A DNA stretch of 64,000 nt, taken from contig CM119270.1 of assembly GCA_051294375.1 (NCBI GenBank), forward strand, positions 3,542,672 through 3,606,671, given 5' to 3'. Below the pieces are notes generated by a model. That model saw nothing but the letters and a program-made list of their open reading frames with translations. It did not search any database and was not told the origin of the DNA. Of this stretch, positions 12,936 through 27,433 are shown in pieces. Origin of the DNA: Paraspadella gotoi (taxonomy: Eukaryota; Animalia; Chaetognatha). Both the position numbers and the translations under genes were made by a program. Positions within the stretch are counted from its first letter, which is position 1; each line of letters begins with the position of its first letter.

Positions 12936-15046
12936 TACATTTAAATTTATAAATCAAAATTGGTCCTTTAGAGATTTTAGAGGTTTTATAACTGATTTGT
13001 CGGTAATTATATACGAATTATCTAATTATCTAAATTTATCAATCGTTAAATTTCGAATTCAAAAATAAAACATGATATCCGAGTAATTTTCAAATTTAAA
13101 AAAGAAGTTTCGAATTAATGAATGATTCGTATTTTGGTTCTTTTCATTCAAGAAAGAAATCGTTAATTATTCTTAGACTCAACTTTGTTATTCTCCGTCA
13201 AAAAAAAGGGGGGGGGCGAAGGGGGTGCTACGATTGACACCCTTTGGGCCTCTTTTCCGAAAGAATCCCCTTTTCACTTTAATTTAAAATTAAATTGGAA
13301 TTTCCGTTTAATAATTAAATTATTAGTTGTATCGGATGTACCAATTTTATTAAAGTTAAGGAAACATATCTCTGGAGTAAGTTAGGGACGAGTTTTAGAG
13401 GATATGGTTAGAGATTTGGTAAAGGGTTTTGGAAAGAAATTTAATTTTAAAATAAAAATAAAATTTAATGATTAGAAATCTTAATGGGGCGCTCTCTGAA
13501 AATAGCGGTAAACTTTTTATTAAGTTTCCATTTACTCTGTTCCACATTTCGGCTCCAATTTACTGGTTTCCTTTTTGTTTCTTTGTTTTTTCTGTGTCAA
13601 AGATTCGATCGTTTCTCGACCAAAGATCGAAAATCTTTCAAGTTTTGCCTTTTCTTCTGCTTCTTAAACCTTCAGACGCCAAAATGAAAAAAAATGGAAA
13701 AATTAATGGAAAAATAAAGAAAATGAAAGAGAAAAAAAAATCCCAACGCATTTGTCAATTCGAGAAAGTACGACTTTTAAATTGTTAAGAACGGGGACAG
13801 GAAAAATTAAAAGAAGACGACGATGACCATGACGACGACGACGACGACGACGACGACGAAAAAACAACACCTACAAATTCAAAAAACATTTGCAGTATCT
13901 GAATGGCTGTTCTCTTTGGAAGTTAAGCGGCTTACTTTATGTAACTGTAAGAGTAAATCTTTTTTCGACTTTTTGAACTAGTTAAAAAATGTATTATTTG
14001 TCGGGCTCTAAATTCTTCGAAATGTAAATTCTGATGGAAATTGTTAAGGGAATAATGTGAGTTTCCTCCAAAAAAAATAATATCGTGCAAAAAAAATGTT
14101 ATACTCGTAATTTGCCAATTTGAATTGGACAGTTTTATGTAAGTCAAGTCATTCAACGGCTTTCTCGATTCATTTTTGTTAACTATTTCTTTATTTTAGC
14201 CCAATTAAAAGTCCCAAAATTGAGGTTTGATAATGTATTCGCCAAAACGTTCAAATCGGTTATATTGGTTAATAATTTTAATTTTAATCGTGGAAAACTT
14301 GGGGAGCATCTTATAATTCTTCCCCCCCCCCCCAGGCCTGCCCCCTCCACGGCTCCGGTCGAGTGATTTTGGCCCAGAAGATTCGGGCTTAATTGATTTA
14401 AATCGTTTTAATGTTTTATTTTAAATTATTTTAAGGCGAAGTAGCGGGGTCGAAGGGACAGATTTTTTTTTTCTCTTAAATTTGTCGATTTTTACGTTGC
14501 TACTTTTTTTAAAATTATGTATGTACAGAATGAGTCCATAACAAATTAAAATTTTCCGTATTCGTCATTCCCGATTCTAAAAAAGGAAGATTTTCCACGT
14601 TAATTTCAATTTTTTTTAATTTCCGCAATTACAAAAGAAAAAAATTATAAAAATGAAAAAATAAAAAAAATTTAAAAAATGAAAATATACCAAAGCGGAA
14701 GAGAGGCAGAGAATAAAAAATATGCGGGAATAAACGGAATCAAAACAAAAGGCATTTTCATTCGGCACGAACAAAAAAAAAAGGGGAAAAAAAACAGTTC
14801 GGTTCATTTGATTCGTTTTTTCTTTTGTTTTTTTGTTTTTTCGTTTCGTTTAATCTTGCATTTTTCTTTCCCTTTCGTTTTTCCAATCAAGAGTCGCGCT
14901 AATTATTTTCTCGTAATTTTCCTTTGAAGCAAAAAAATTAAAAAAATTTTCAAGTTTGAAACTTGAGACGAAATTTTTTTTGTTTTCACGAAGCGACAAA
15001 CAAAAATGTAGCGAAGGAGAAAAAAAAGTTTAGTCGCGTTTTGAAT

Positions 15047-15083
<37 letters not shown>

Positions 15084-15484
15084 GAGAGAGAGAGGAGAGA
15101 GAGGATGAGAGGAGAGAGAGAGAGAGAGAGAGAGACTGAGACTTCATTTATATTTGTCTCCACGGCCGTAGTGAGATTAGTCAAGTGTTTTATTGAGAAT
15201 CACGTCGTTGACGTCGTCGGAACGGGAATTCAATTACCAAAGCCGAGTCTCCGACGCGGATTGGCCCGCGATTAGAAGATTCGAATGCCGATTGGCTGGA
15301 ATTTTTTAAGTTTGTCCTTCTGCTTAACCGACGTCACGCGACGTAACTCTTTGGCCTCGATCCGGCATCACCCGCCCTCCTCTCCTCCCTCTTTCACGCC
15401 CCCCTCATCAGTTTTTCGGGGAAAACTGAAAGAAAAAATCTGCTGAGAAGGAAAAAGAGAGAGAGAGAGAGATGAGCAGAGAGA

Positions 15485-15527
<43 letters not shown>

Positions 15528-16099
15528 CGATGTCTCACATGATTTCGGACATGACGGTCCACGAAAGTGCGGGTTGTGGCGGCGGCGACGACGACGACGA
15601 CGAAGACGACGACGAAGACGACGACATGAAATAATCGGATGACAATAACCTAAAACTTTGATAACAATTCTCACATCAAAAATATCAACTTTATCTAAAT
15701 TTCTAAGATCAAAACATAAACCTTTTATAAAACTTCAGAGACTCAGACGACGACGATGACGTGGATAAAGACGAGAAGACGACGACGACGATGACGACGG
15801 CGACAACGACGACGAAGACGGCGACGACGACGACGATGACGAACCTCGCGATAAAATCGTCAAAAGAAGATGACGACGTCAAAACTATGAGGGTGACGCG
15901 AAATGTGGACGACATTTAGTTAAAAGTTGCGACGACGACGACGACGACGACGACGACAACCACGACGACGACGACGAAAACGGAAAAAGACGTGTTGACG
16001 TTGTTTGATGTTTATGTCGTCGTTGTTGTTGTCGTTCGTGATGTTGTGGTTGTTGTGGTCCCGGCCTTCTTATCCCAGTTAATTTTTTTAAGTTCAATT

Positions 16100-16330
16100 T
16101 TAGGTTAAAGGTTAGGGTGAGGGATTAAGATTAGGGATTAGGGCTAGAAATTAGGCATAAAGGTTTAAGATTAGGGTTCATCATTCGGTTTAAGTTTGAG
16201 ATTAGAGTTATGGATTCTAGGTAGGGATACAGTTGTAAATTTAATAACAGATTGAGCTAAAATACTAAGGTTTAAAGTAAATTCCGGGATAAAAAAAAAC
16301 AGAAATGAAGCGTTCTGGGAAAAGAGAGCC
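16100..16330 (+). repeat. Degenerate TTAGGG array ending in the MITE TIR
   Basis: ttagggattagggctag.. followed by aaatgaagcgttctgggaaaagagagcc. Confidence 0.65.
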
Positions 16331-16956
16331 AAAAAAATTTCCCCCTCGCTGGATCGATGGCATTTTCTAGCTTTCATTAATGTCGTTAAATTTAATCAAG
16401 TGGAATAATTAAAATTCTTTAAAATTGAAATTTTGTTTAAAATAAAAAAGGGAAATATTAAAAAAATTTGCTTTGGTTTTTTTTTTGTCTCTGTCGAGTC
16501 TCCATTACTGAGCGATCATTCTAAGTTTTGTTCCGCATTATTTACAGTATGTACAAATAAGTAAATATGCCATTAAATACTGGCCAAAAAAAATTAGGGT
16601 GGCAGGCTGAGACTGACACGGAAGAACGGACAGACGGTTTCTCCAATGATATTAATAATTAAGCTCGATTTGATTGCGGGATAAACTATTCAAAATTATA
16701 AGATTCTTATGTTTAATACTAAAAAATAAAGCAATGATTGCGACTAATCTAGATCACCTTAGTGATAAATTACAAAAGCAACGTAAGGGAAGATGACGAT
16801 GCCGCTATGTTTATGATGACGACGACGACGACGACGACGACGATGACTCGTTGAACTCGCTTCCTTTTCGATTTGGGGAATTTTATGTTTAATCTGGGAT
16901 TTTCTAAATGATAAAGTAAACAAAACTCAGAGAAAAAAGCTATAGATGGAGAGGGG

Positions 16957-17041
<85 letters not shown>

Positions 17042-17589
17042 GAGAGAGAGAACGATAAAAACACATCGAAAAAAGGGCGACGACATTGGATAGAAAAAAG
17101 GAAATCGGAGCGGAGACTTTTTAAAAAGGCGGATGCATCGAGATCGCCTCTGTTCGTGACGGTTCCCCAACGCGTTCCATTGTTGTTGTTGNNNNNNNNN
17201 NNNNNNNNNNNNNNNNNNNNNNNNNNNNNNNNNNNNNNNNNNNNNNNNNNNNNNNNNNNNNNNNNNNNNNNNNNNNNNNNNNNNNNNNNNNNNNNNNNNN
17301 NNNNNNNNNNNNNNNNNNNNNNNNNNNNNNNNNNNNNNNNNNNNNNNNNNNNNNNNNNNNNNNNNNNNNNNNNNNNNNNNNNNNNNNNNNNNNNNNNNNN
17401 NNNNNNNNNNNNNNNNNNNNNNNNNNNNNNNNNNNNNNNNNNNNNNNNNNNNNNNNNNNNNNNNNNNNNNNNNNNNNTGTGATTAAGGCCCGAAAAAGGA
17501 GGAAGAATGAATCGAATCGTCGTCGTCGGCGTGATTAGTCGAAACGTTGATGATCCAAGCGACGATGACGTCAACAATTAGGACGTGAA

Positions 17590-17950
17590 TCGGTGATGTT
17601 GTGAGCGAATGTGACGCCTATGATGATATTGCGAGCGTTTGTGATGTAATTGATGATGTTAAGAGCAAAATTGATGCAAATTGTGATGTTGTGAGCGATT
17701 GTGAAGTTTTGAGCGATTGTGAGACTCGATTCATTTTTGTGAACCGTTGCAAGAGAATTAAACAGTCGATTAATGATAAGATTAGGAGAAGAGTGGTGAC
17801 TTTTGCATCGTTTGCGTGAAGACAAACGATGAGTTGTGACCTACGAAGAGTGGTGAAGACCAACGATGCCCTTTTGATTTCGGAGAAATTACGAGGGATT
17901 TTGAGATGAGCGGTGATATGGGGGAACGTTTTATAATGTGAGTGATGGTG
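17590..17950 (+). repeat. Degenerate 18-bp minisatellite (gatgttgtgagcgattgt)
   Basis: Periodic units, which also explain ORFs 17571..17825 and 17601..17819. Confidence 0.6.
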
Positions 17951-18540
17951 AGAAAGGAAGAAAGTCACAAATATAAATGGCTAAAATGATGATGATGATG
18001 ATGATGATGACGATGACGATGATGATGATGGTGATGATGATGATCGAAAGACGAGACTTTGACGATCGACGAATGACTCGACCTAAAAGAGGAAAGAGAT
18101 TAAAAAGAGGAAGAGGAAAAGGAAGAGGAAAACGAAGGGATGGAGAAAAGAAAGAAGAGAAATAATGGAGAAAGTGAGAAATGATGGAAAGAGTGAGGAG
18201 AGTTAAAAAATTAAGGAAAGACTGAGTACTTTGATACTTTGATTTTGCTTGTACCTTAAATTGAGCGGATCTTAAAATTAACATTATAAATTAAACTGAT
18301 GAGAGTTTTTATAAAATAACTCGAATTTTTGTTTTTGAACGGAAAAAAATGAATTTTTCGAAGCGATGCTCATTTGTTATCTTCGTGAGCTTAAATAGTT
18401 TGGATTGAAAATCAAAAGAGAGCGCGTATGATGATGAATACAGAAAAAAATAAACAAAATAACAAGATGGTATTTCATTTGTTTTTATTTGGAAATGAAA
18501 AGGATGAATAAATTGAAAGTAATTTGTAAAAAACTTAATC

Positions 18541-18586
<46 letters not shown>

Positions 18587-18680
18587 TAAGGGGAAATCTC
18601 GATGAAACGAACTCTAATAAAAAAAGTTGTTTAGAGTTTGAAAACAATTTAAATTTCTCTTTCGACAAAGGGGACTAAAG

Positions 18681-18685
18681 ATGGC

Positions 18686-18717
<32 letters not shown>

Positions 18718-19517
18718 CGACGACGGCGACGACGACTACGGAGGCGAGGACGCCGAAGCTTGAGAATCAGTCCCCGAGGATAACGAGTAAGTTTCGTCGG
18801 CGGCGATATCATACTACACTATAGTATAAAGTAAATAAAGTCCAATAAAGTTGAGACTTCTGGTCGATGACACAGATGTCACAAATGTCACAAATGACGA
18901 AGTAACAGATGCCGATGACACGAGAGACATCGAGAACCACTTTGCTGAAGATAGAAACGAAGAGGGCGTGGTCGCCGTGGCATCCGTAGCATCCGGGGAA
19001 TCCGTGGCCGCCGTGTCAACCATAGCGCCGAAACTTAGCGACATTGCTACCGACGAAAGTGGGTCATCACAGGCAAAGGCGGTGCCGTTAGCGTCGTCGG
19101 CGCTAATTGCGTCGGCAGAGGCGACACCGCCAGCGACTCTAATAGCGTCGGCAGACACGTACGGACCAACGTCGCAATCTGCTTGGACAGACAGACCGAC
19201 TGCAGAGTCGAAAGCACAGGAGGCCCTACTTGCGTCGGCACCAGCGGCGCTAGTTACGTCGGCACCGGCAGCTCAAGCTTTAGAACCGGCGTCTGTGCTT
19301 GCGTCGGCACCGACCCAGGATGTTAACCTTAACTGGGTAAAATCCATTAGAAAAACTTTATTTATAAATTTATTCATTGGTTCATTCATTCATTCATTCA
19401 TTCATTCATTCATTCATTCATTCATTCAAATCGATTTTAAAGACTCTTGTGGCGGAAAAGATTTTCAACGAGAATCGCGAAAACATCGGTCGGAGCGACA
19501 AAGCCGGCGGTGTAGGT

Positions 19518-19572
<55 letters not shown>

Positions 19573-20608
19573 GCGGCGCTGATGGCGGAGATAGAGGAAA
19601 AATAGAATTTCATCGTACGCCGCACGAGGCCAGGCAAAGGTGAAAGACTGAATCCGTCTGGTATGAATGCATTGTCATTGAAAAATCCAAATTTATCTTT
19701 AGTTATTTTTTTATATTCTTTCATTAATAATTATTATTCATTTATATAATTTATTTCTTCTTTATTCTATTTAATTAAAATTCTTGTAAAATTCTAATTA
19801 TTATTTACCAATCAATCTCATTAGTTTCCTATTAATTTTAAATTATCTTTCTCTTCTTTTTTTTTTTAATTTTGTTTTTTAGCGCAGAATGAACTGTATC
19901 ATTTGCGTCTCGATCGCTTCGGTATTTTTCGTTTCTCTCGTCGTCGTTTCTCTTCTCTTTTATTTCGGAGTCATCGAGCTACCAGAGTGGTAAACTTTGA
20001 GGGCAAAGAGATAAACACTTAGGGCAAAGGAGTTTTTTCCCTTTGATGTTGAGGGCAAAGAGATCAACATTGAGATCAAAAAAGTTTTTCCCGAGAATGT
20101 TGAGGGCAAAAAGATAAACGTTGAGGGCAAAGAAGTTTTTCCCGTGAATGTTGACCAAAAAATATATTTAAAACCTGAAGGGCATTGACTTTTGAGAGCA
20201 AACTGATCAACCATAGCATGGCATAGGGCAGAGAAGTTTTTACTTTGAATTTTAAAGGCAAAGAGATCAACGTTGAGGGCAAAGAAGTTACCTTCATTGA
20301 ATATTGAGGGCAAACGGGTCAACGTTGAGGGCAAAAAAGTTTTCTTTTCTCTACTCCCTTCTCTCCATTTTCGTTACCCCCCCCTGCATTCTCCTTCTCC
20401 TTTCTCTCATTCTCCTTCCAGGCTCCAAGAAAAAGACCCGAGAAGTTACTGGAGAAGAAAGAAAAAAAATAAGACGAGATTCCTCGACAAAGGGCGAAAC
20501 GACGCTTGCGCCGCGACAAGAGCCGCATCGGACGACGCTTCCTCATCATCCGCAGGGACCGGCCCTGTAGCTTTACTCGACGAACGGTTTGGAGACACCG
20601 CCTCTTAA
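18681..20608 (+). CDS. Candidate spliced gene of unknown function (about 316 aa, Thr/Ala/Ser/Gly low complexity); exons 18681-18786, 18876-19336, 19443-19639, 20422-20608
   Basis: GC-rich blocks joined by phase-consistent GT-AG introns (A|gtaagt, TGG|gtaaaa, AG|gtgaaa; last acceptor ctcattctccttccag). AATAAA at 20757. Two acceptors are weak and no domain is recognised. Confidence 0.45.
19995..20345 (+). repeat. Tandem repeat with core gttgagggcaaa
   Basis: Repeated copies of (gt)tgagggcaaa alternating with gagatcaac / gaagtttt spacers. Confidence 0.8.
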
Positions 20609-20811
20609 GTTAAGATTCTCGCCGGACGAGGCGGACGAGGCGTTGGAGAGACGGAAAAGAACCTCTGGTTCAGCGAGGTTTTGGAGATGAAGATAAAATG
20701 TTATTGTTAACAAGACAATGTATTTCGATTTACGTAGATCAAGATAGGGATTATTCAATAAAATCAAATTTTTACCGAATTTAGAGAATCTTACGAACCT
20801 GCAATATACTG

Positions 20812-20926
20812 TTATGAAATTGGTACAACCAATATAAAAATTATCCATTCATTTAATAAATGAGCTATCTTGCCCCTGACTTTGGACAGGCTTTGGTCAC
20901 TCTTACAAGATAATGACATAGCAGGT
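20812..20926 (+). repeat. Dispersed repeat, copy 2
   Basis: Near-identical to 1895-2026 with a short internal deletion. Confidence 0.85.
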
Positions 20927-20999
20927 CTCGTTTATTCACTCCCAGAGTACCTGGCTTCCCTATCAATGAAGTGGTATAATGTACTACTATAATCACTTC

Positions 21000-23900
21000 G
21001 CCGATTTAAAAAAAAAAGATAAGTTAAGATTTAAACATCCGTCCCGTCGAACTTTAAATTTTAAGTTCAAACTTTCAATCGTCGTTTCGCGAGTTTCTGA
21101 CAGAAAGTTAATTGTCTATATATAATTATATTAATTATAACCACTCGAGATACAGATTTAAAATGATTTCTTTCTCGGTTATTCTTGACCAAACCTGTTT
21201 TAACTATCGATTCGTCGGTTATTATGCGTTTGCGACCTGAAATCTCGAAAGGAATAAAGACGAAGAGTTTCGGAATTTCACGACGTTATATTGATGACCA
21301 TAATCATTACAGTAACAACAGATCAATAAATATGTCGTAAAATAGGAAAATGGAAAGGAGAGACTTTTTACTGAATGAAAGATAATAAATAGATTACGAA
21401 TCGATAAGATAAAATCATGACATTCACTTTTTTACTCAATGGTAACTAATTAAACAGTAAGGAAGCCTTTGTTGCACGATGTGAAAGTACTGTTAAATAC
21501 ACAATTTCATTCTTCTTCATTGCTAAATACGTACTTCTTTTCAAGTGGGATTGAATGGATGTCGCTATTTGTTAGGAAAAAAAATCATGCCAAAACGAGC
21601 GATCAAAAGGGGGAAAAAATCATTTTCATGTCCCATATTTATTTTGAGAAAAGTAATACTACGGGAAATCGATATTTCGAGAGAGAGAGACGAGATTTTT
21701 ATTTTCAAGTAAGCTAAAAACTACCGGGCACTAGCTTGGCTTAGCTCAAAAGGAACAAACCCAAAAGAAATAAATACAAGGAAAAATAGATGGTAAGAAT
21801 AAAAAAATTAATATAGATTCGGCGTTAATAGGATAATAACTAAATAATTTTTGTTTTTAGTAAGTAAGAAACAATAAGAAGTAAGAAACTGCGTTTTTTT
21901 TTTTGTTTTTTAAAAAGTCAAAAGGTGTCGGCAATATAAATGTTTGTATACTGAATGAAAACACAAGACAGACGAAAAAGATGAAATATAGAAGAATCGG
22001 TGGTAACTAAGCGGAAAAAGTTCAAACCAAAATTTGACCGTTTTAAAGAAAAGGAAAAAAAGAGATATTTTTGGGTACCAAAGTTCTATGGTTTTAATTT
22101 TTTTTTTGGTTTCATTTAATACCTTTTTGATTGCCGCATCTTAACTGAGATCCCCTTAATTTCACATCTGCTGTTTTTTTTTTCTGTTCACAACTAAATA
22201 AAATGTACTGAACCGAAAAAATTATGGAAAAATTTACGAGAACTGATTCTTCATGATAAACACAACAGGTGCTAAATGTTCGAAAATCTAAATATATATT
22301 GATCAGTGAAGATGAAAAGGAGAATAAAATAAAAGAAAGTTTTTTTCATGATTACAATCATTGAGATCATCAAAGGTTTAGTATCAACTATCATAACATC
22401 TACTTTATTAATAAAGCTAGGTTTTGAAAGATTATCAAACGACGGGGATCTGAAAGGTTTCGGGGGGAAAGGGGGGCGGAAAAAGATGGGGTCGGGGAGA
22501 GAGAGAGAGAAGGTAGATAAAACCACTTTTTTTTTTGCAATATATCACTTAAAAGCCCCCATTTACTTTTAAAAGAGCAGAACTGTAATTCAAGCATTAT
22601 GTTTTACACACATGTCTCAATTTCCACAATTTCATCGAGGCTTAACAAGAGAATGAGGAACAAACATTTTTGTTTTGTTTTCAAATGGAACAGCATCTTG
22701 GTTAAAATTCGGGTTTCGTTACGCCGTTTGGTCGGACACTTTTGCTCTGTCCCTGTTTCTCCTAATAATTGCATAATTGATGTGTTTCAAAAAATGATAA
22801 AAACATTTATTGTAAACTTTCATGCTCATATTTGGTCCCGTGATAAAAATCACGGGATCACACAATAGAAAAATCAACAACGCCTCAAAAAGATGTAAAA
22901 ATCATATTTGAGGCTAAAATCGTGGTTTAGCTTCGCTCCGGAGGATGGTTTCTATGTCCACTGCGAGTCCGTGGAAAACGTTCCACAATAAATTTACGCT
23001 CGATTGTCTGTCAACCGTCTAAATTATGTTTTATCAATATTAAACGTAACGTGTTAATTTTTAAATTAACTATGACGAAGTTCGATAAGGAAAACGTCAT
23101 CTTCTTTCGACTTTCAAACATTGTCATCACAGAAATAACATTCTTAGGCATAAAAAATAAAATTCTCTGCGTAGCAACAATCTGATCAACTTTGATTTAA
23201 GAGATCCGAAATGGTGATAAGTAAAAAAAAAAAATTCTTACTTTTTTTAATAATTTCAATTTGATAATAATCCCCGTGACATTAGAGTAACCTGCAATGG
23301 AGCAAGCCAGTGGTGACGAGAATTTCGAAGCATCCTCAACAGACATTCAAGTGATAATTTGTCAATAAATATTATCAAAATAGCACACTTGTTGAAAGTC
23401 GAATAAAAAAGTCTTATTACTGGAAGAACAACAAGGTCTATCCACTTGAGAGCAAATTCAAAGCCTTTTCTTTAAATCTAACATTTTTTTAAAAAAATAA
23501 TTAAGTCCATGATTTTTTGTAGCCAATGTATAAAAACCAAATTAATATATTTTGAGTGGAAAATAAAATAAACTGCAAAACTTATTTTTTTTTTAAAAAA
23601 GAGAAAATAAAATGAAAAATTTGAAATTGAGACACTGTTTCTCTCACAGCAAACCAAATTTACTACCAACAGAATGGGAACAAAGATCAAAACAGTTCAG
23701 CTCTGCTTTTTCAAAAATTGAGAAAAATAAGAGAAAAACCCCACACCCAGTAAGAGCCTTTTTTTAAATAGAAATAGTAAGATGTTATGAAAAATTTACA
23801 TTTTTTTAGGATTAATAAAATGACCCAGGGGTATACAGAAATTGATAAATTTCATATACTAATTTAAAAAGGCATAAATACGGGCATGGGCATATAACTA

Positions 23901-25510
23901 AAGCAAGCACAAAATTATAACATCACAATGATCATAATGTCTAAAGAAAATAACTAAATAACTATTTAAAATTTAAAAATCAAATCCAGAATAATGTTTT
24001 TTAAAAAGCTATTAACACAAGAAGTGAGTCAACATAATCACACACAAAACACTAATTTAATCTGCTCCACTTAAAAATGCGTCGTGCTGATTTTTGTTCA
24101 CTCTTTCAAAAATAATGGGCAACACAGGTTCTCACAACTAAAACACCGTAATCATACAGAACGAAACCAAAATTTGCTTATACAAGCCATAATTGGTAAA
24201 TAAACAATATTATTCACAAATCGGGAAAATAATATTGCCATTAGTAAAATAAGAGACCGAACACGTTCAAATCAGAGAAAAATTAACGTCAGACAATATG
24301 AATAATATATATTGACTCTGATTTTAAGACGTACAATAATTAATGAGAGGGAACACAAAGCATATACGAAAACTACTAATAATGAAACTTATAAAAACTA
24401 CGAAAGGATGTTACATTTTCCTAAATGGCGTGTTTCTTAAATATTCTGAAACTGTCAAGCTACTTGTTTACGAATAACGAAGGTAACTAATGAAAAATTT
24501 ATTTTTATACTGATTTTAATGTGATCACCGAAAAATTAAATTTTAAACAAATAAATAAAAATAATTAAAAAACAGCTGGCCATACCAGAGAGATACGCTT
24601 TCGCTACAAGTAGCTGAACACTATTCAGGCTGTAGGACTTCACTAAAGGTTTGAAATTTGCAAAAGCGGATCATAAGAACTAGGGTGGGTTAATACTCTC
24701 GCCGTAATCATCAACAATGGACCGCGAAATGAGTCGAACCCAAATAAATGAAGATCATTAGTTACTTAATCGCTTAATTCGCGGGTGGACTCGTGAGTGT
24801 AGTATCGGTCCGATATTGATACACCCTACTGAAGACCAGATAATAGTATTAGTGAAAAGAATGAACACTTTTGCTGCCCTCTTACAGACTGTGGTCGTAA
24901 TAGCGGTTCTAATGCAGTGAAAAAGATATAACTTATAAAAAAGCGGCTTAAAAGAAACGTCAACTGATGCAAAACGCGTTAATTTACTGTTAATGTGTTA
25001 GTTTTTTGTTTTTTTTAGTAAAAAGTTTATTGACGGAAACGAAGGGGAACTAAATAGTCAATTATCTTTGCATTTTAAATCTTCGTGATAGGGAAAAAAA
25101 AGAAAAGGACGACACAGTACCGAATGAGAGAAGAGAAAGAGAGAGAGAGATGGGTTAGCTTTTTTGGTTTTTTTATGTTTTTGTTTTCTACCTCTAGTTT
25201 TGCTTACGAGATAAACGAATAGTGGAACCAATCGAGAAAAAAGATATTTTTGGTGATATATATATATGCTTTGTCGAAATTAAACGAGAGAGAGAGAGAA
25301 AAATTCCGAGGACAGAACATTCTTACAACCACATCAGTTTGAACTAGTGATTTTGGTTTTTTTTCTAATGGAAAAAGAGTTACATAAAATACGGCATGAC
25401 ACGGGCAAAAAAGTAGCAGAAATACCGGTGGCAGGAAAGGATCAAAATCATGCAAGAGACCACGGCTCCCCTGGGACAAGGGGGATTTAAAATACAACGA
25501 CGAGTTGGTG

Positions 25511-25575
<65 letters not shown>

Positions 25576-27334
25576 GGTGAAAGTCAAGGGGGAGGCCTTA
25601 AGAATAACTGAAGATTGAAAGGGAAAATAAAAACGAATGTTGTGATTACGGTTTTGCCGCTGAGGCTTTTTTTTTTTTTTTTTTTTTTTTGGCGGCAGAG
25701 GCGGGTTTTTCAGAAAGTGCACACGTGCGCTCGGCCTGACATGGCAGCGTTCCGAGTCTTTTTTAATAATAACTTTAATAAACAGGGGGATTTTCTGTTG
25801 TTTTTTTTAATTAATGCTTTTTTTTTCCGGTCGTCAATGAAAAACACTGTCTGCAAGAGGGCAGCGACTCAGTAAACTAACGTCGTTGTATATCTTAAAC
25901 TGTTTTCATTTAATTATCATTTTGTTCGTTGATGAAGTAAACGAAAAAAAAATATGTTAATAAGAACGAAAATAAAAGAAAAAAAAACATTTTGCCAGTA
26001 ATGCTTTGCTTTAAAGATATCTGCACGACTGGGGGAAAAAATAACTTTTCGTAACAAAGATTAAAAATGGAATAATGTATATAATACTGACAAAAACTCT
26101 CTTTTTACTCTCACTCAAACTAAATGCTATTTTACAATTTTCTTTGAGAATAAAAACTTTTCAAAAGAGTCAATCATTGATAAAACAATTGCTGAAGGGT
26201 GAATTAACTAAAATTTAAAAAAAAAAAAACTTAAAATAAAATCAATAATCGGAAAAAGGAAAATGTTAATCACGAACGGAATCAATGCATAAAACGAAGC
26301 TGTATTTAATAATAAAAAATGAAAAACTACATTCTGGTGATTTTCAAAACAAAAAATTGATAGTAAATTAAAACGATAAAAAGGGAAAAAAAGGGAAAGT
26401 CATCAACCGTCCATGATTAAATTCTCGGTGGAGACGCAATAAGTAACGGGTTTCTTTTTTTTCAACTTGTTATTTAACGTAAAAAAAAAAAAAAAGAACC
26501 CGAAATATTTTTAAATCGAACTGAAAAAAAAAAAAAAAGTAAATCGAATTCCACTTCCAGCTTCGGAGACGTCAAAGGACGGGGGGGGGGAGAGAAAGAG
26601 AGGGGGGGAGAGAAAAGAGGGGGAGTGGTTCTTTCGGCGGAATTGTAAGTGACCGCGAAGAAGATAACGGGAGGGACGAATGGGGAAGAGGGGGAGGAAA
26701 TGTGGCCCGGGGGAGACAAAGGGGGCGGTGGGAGAGAGGAGGGAGGGGAGAGAAAGAGTGAAAAAAAGTATTATCTTAGAAGCTTAGTTTTTAATTTCTT
26801 CCTAGTTTCTTGAGAGAGAGAAAGAGAGAGAAAGAGAAACGGAGAGAGAGAGACAGAGAGCGTGAGACCAAGAGGGGCAAAGGGGTAGTAGAGAAGTGGG
26901 GAAATATTTTGTTTTTAGATCTTTTTTTTTTTTTTTTTTGGTCATTTTTTTTTTTGGTTTTTGTCAAATAAATAACTTTGGCCAAAACAAACATAGTTTC
27001 TCTCAAAAGAGATATAAATAACGTGAAAAGGCAGCGTGATTTTTTTGGCCAGAATGTGAATCGGGCCCGAAAAAAGAGAAGATTGTTGGCCACAAGTCGA
27101 GAATAAGGGCGATGAGGGGAGAGAGGGAGAAGGGGGGGGGTAAGGGCGGAAGTTGAGGGGGGGATATGGGGTTTGAGGATGATGACGGGTTGTTCTCCGT
27201 AAGAAATAGAAGAAGGAGGCGAAGCGGTCGTTCGTCGTCCCGGTTCCGAGGTGGTCGGTCGGTCGGTCAATGTCGGAGCGTCGATGTCGGATAATGATGA
27301 TGAGACGATGATAAAAAATTAACAACACCGCTAT

Positions 27335-27433
<99 letters not shown>

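Noticed and set aside
19960-20345. Repeat-spacer pattern resembling CRISPR
   Set aside because: Spacers are themselves repeated, the context is eukaryotic and there are no cas genes; it is a minisatellite.
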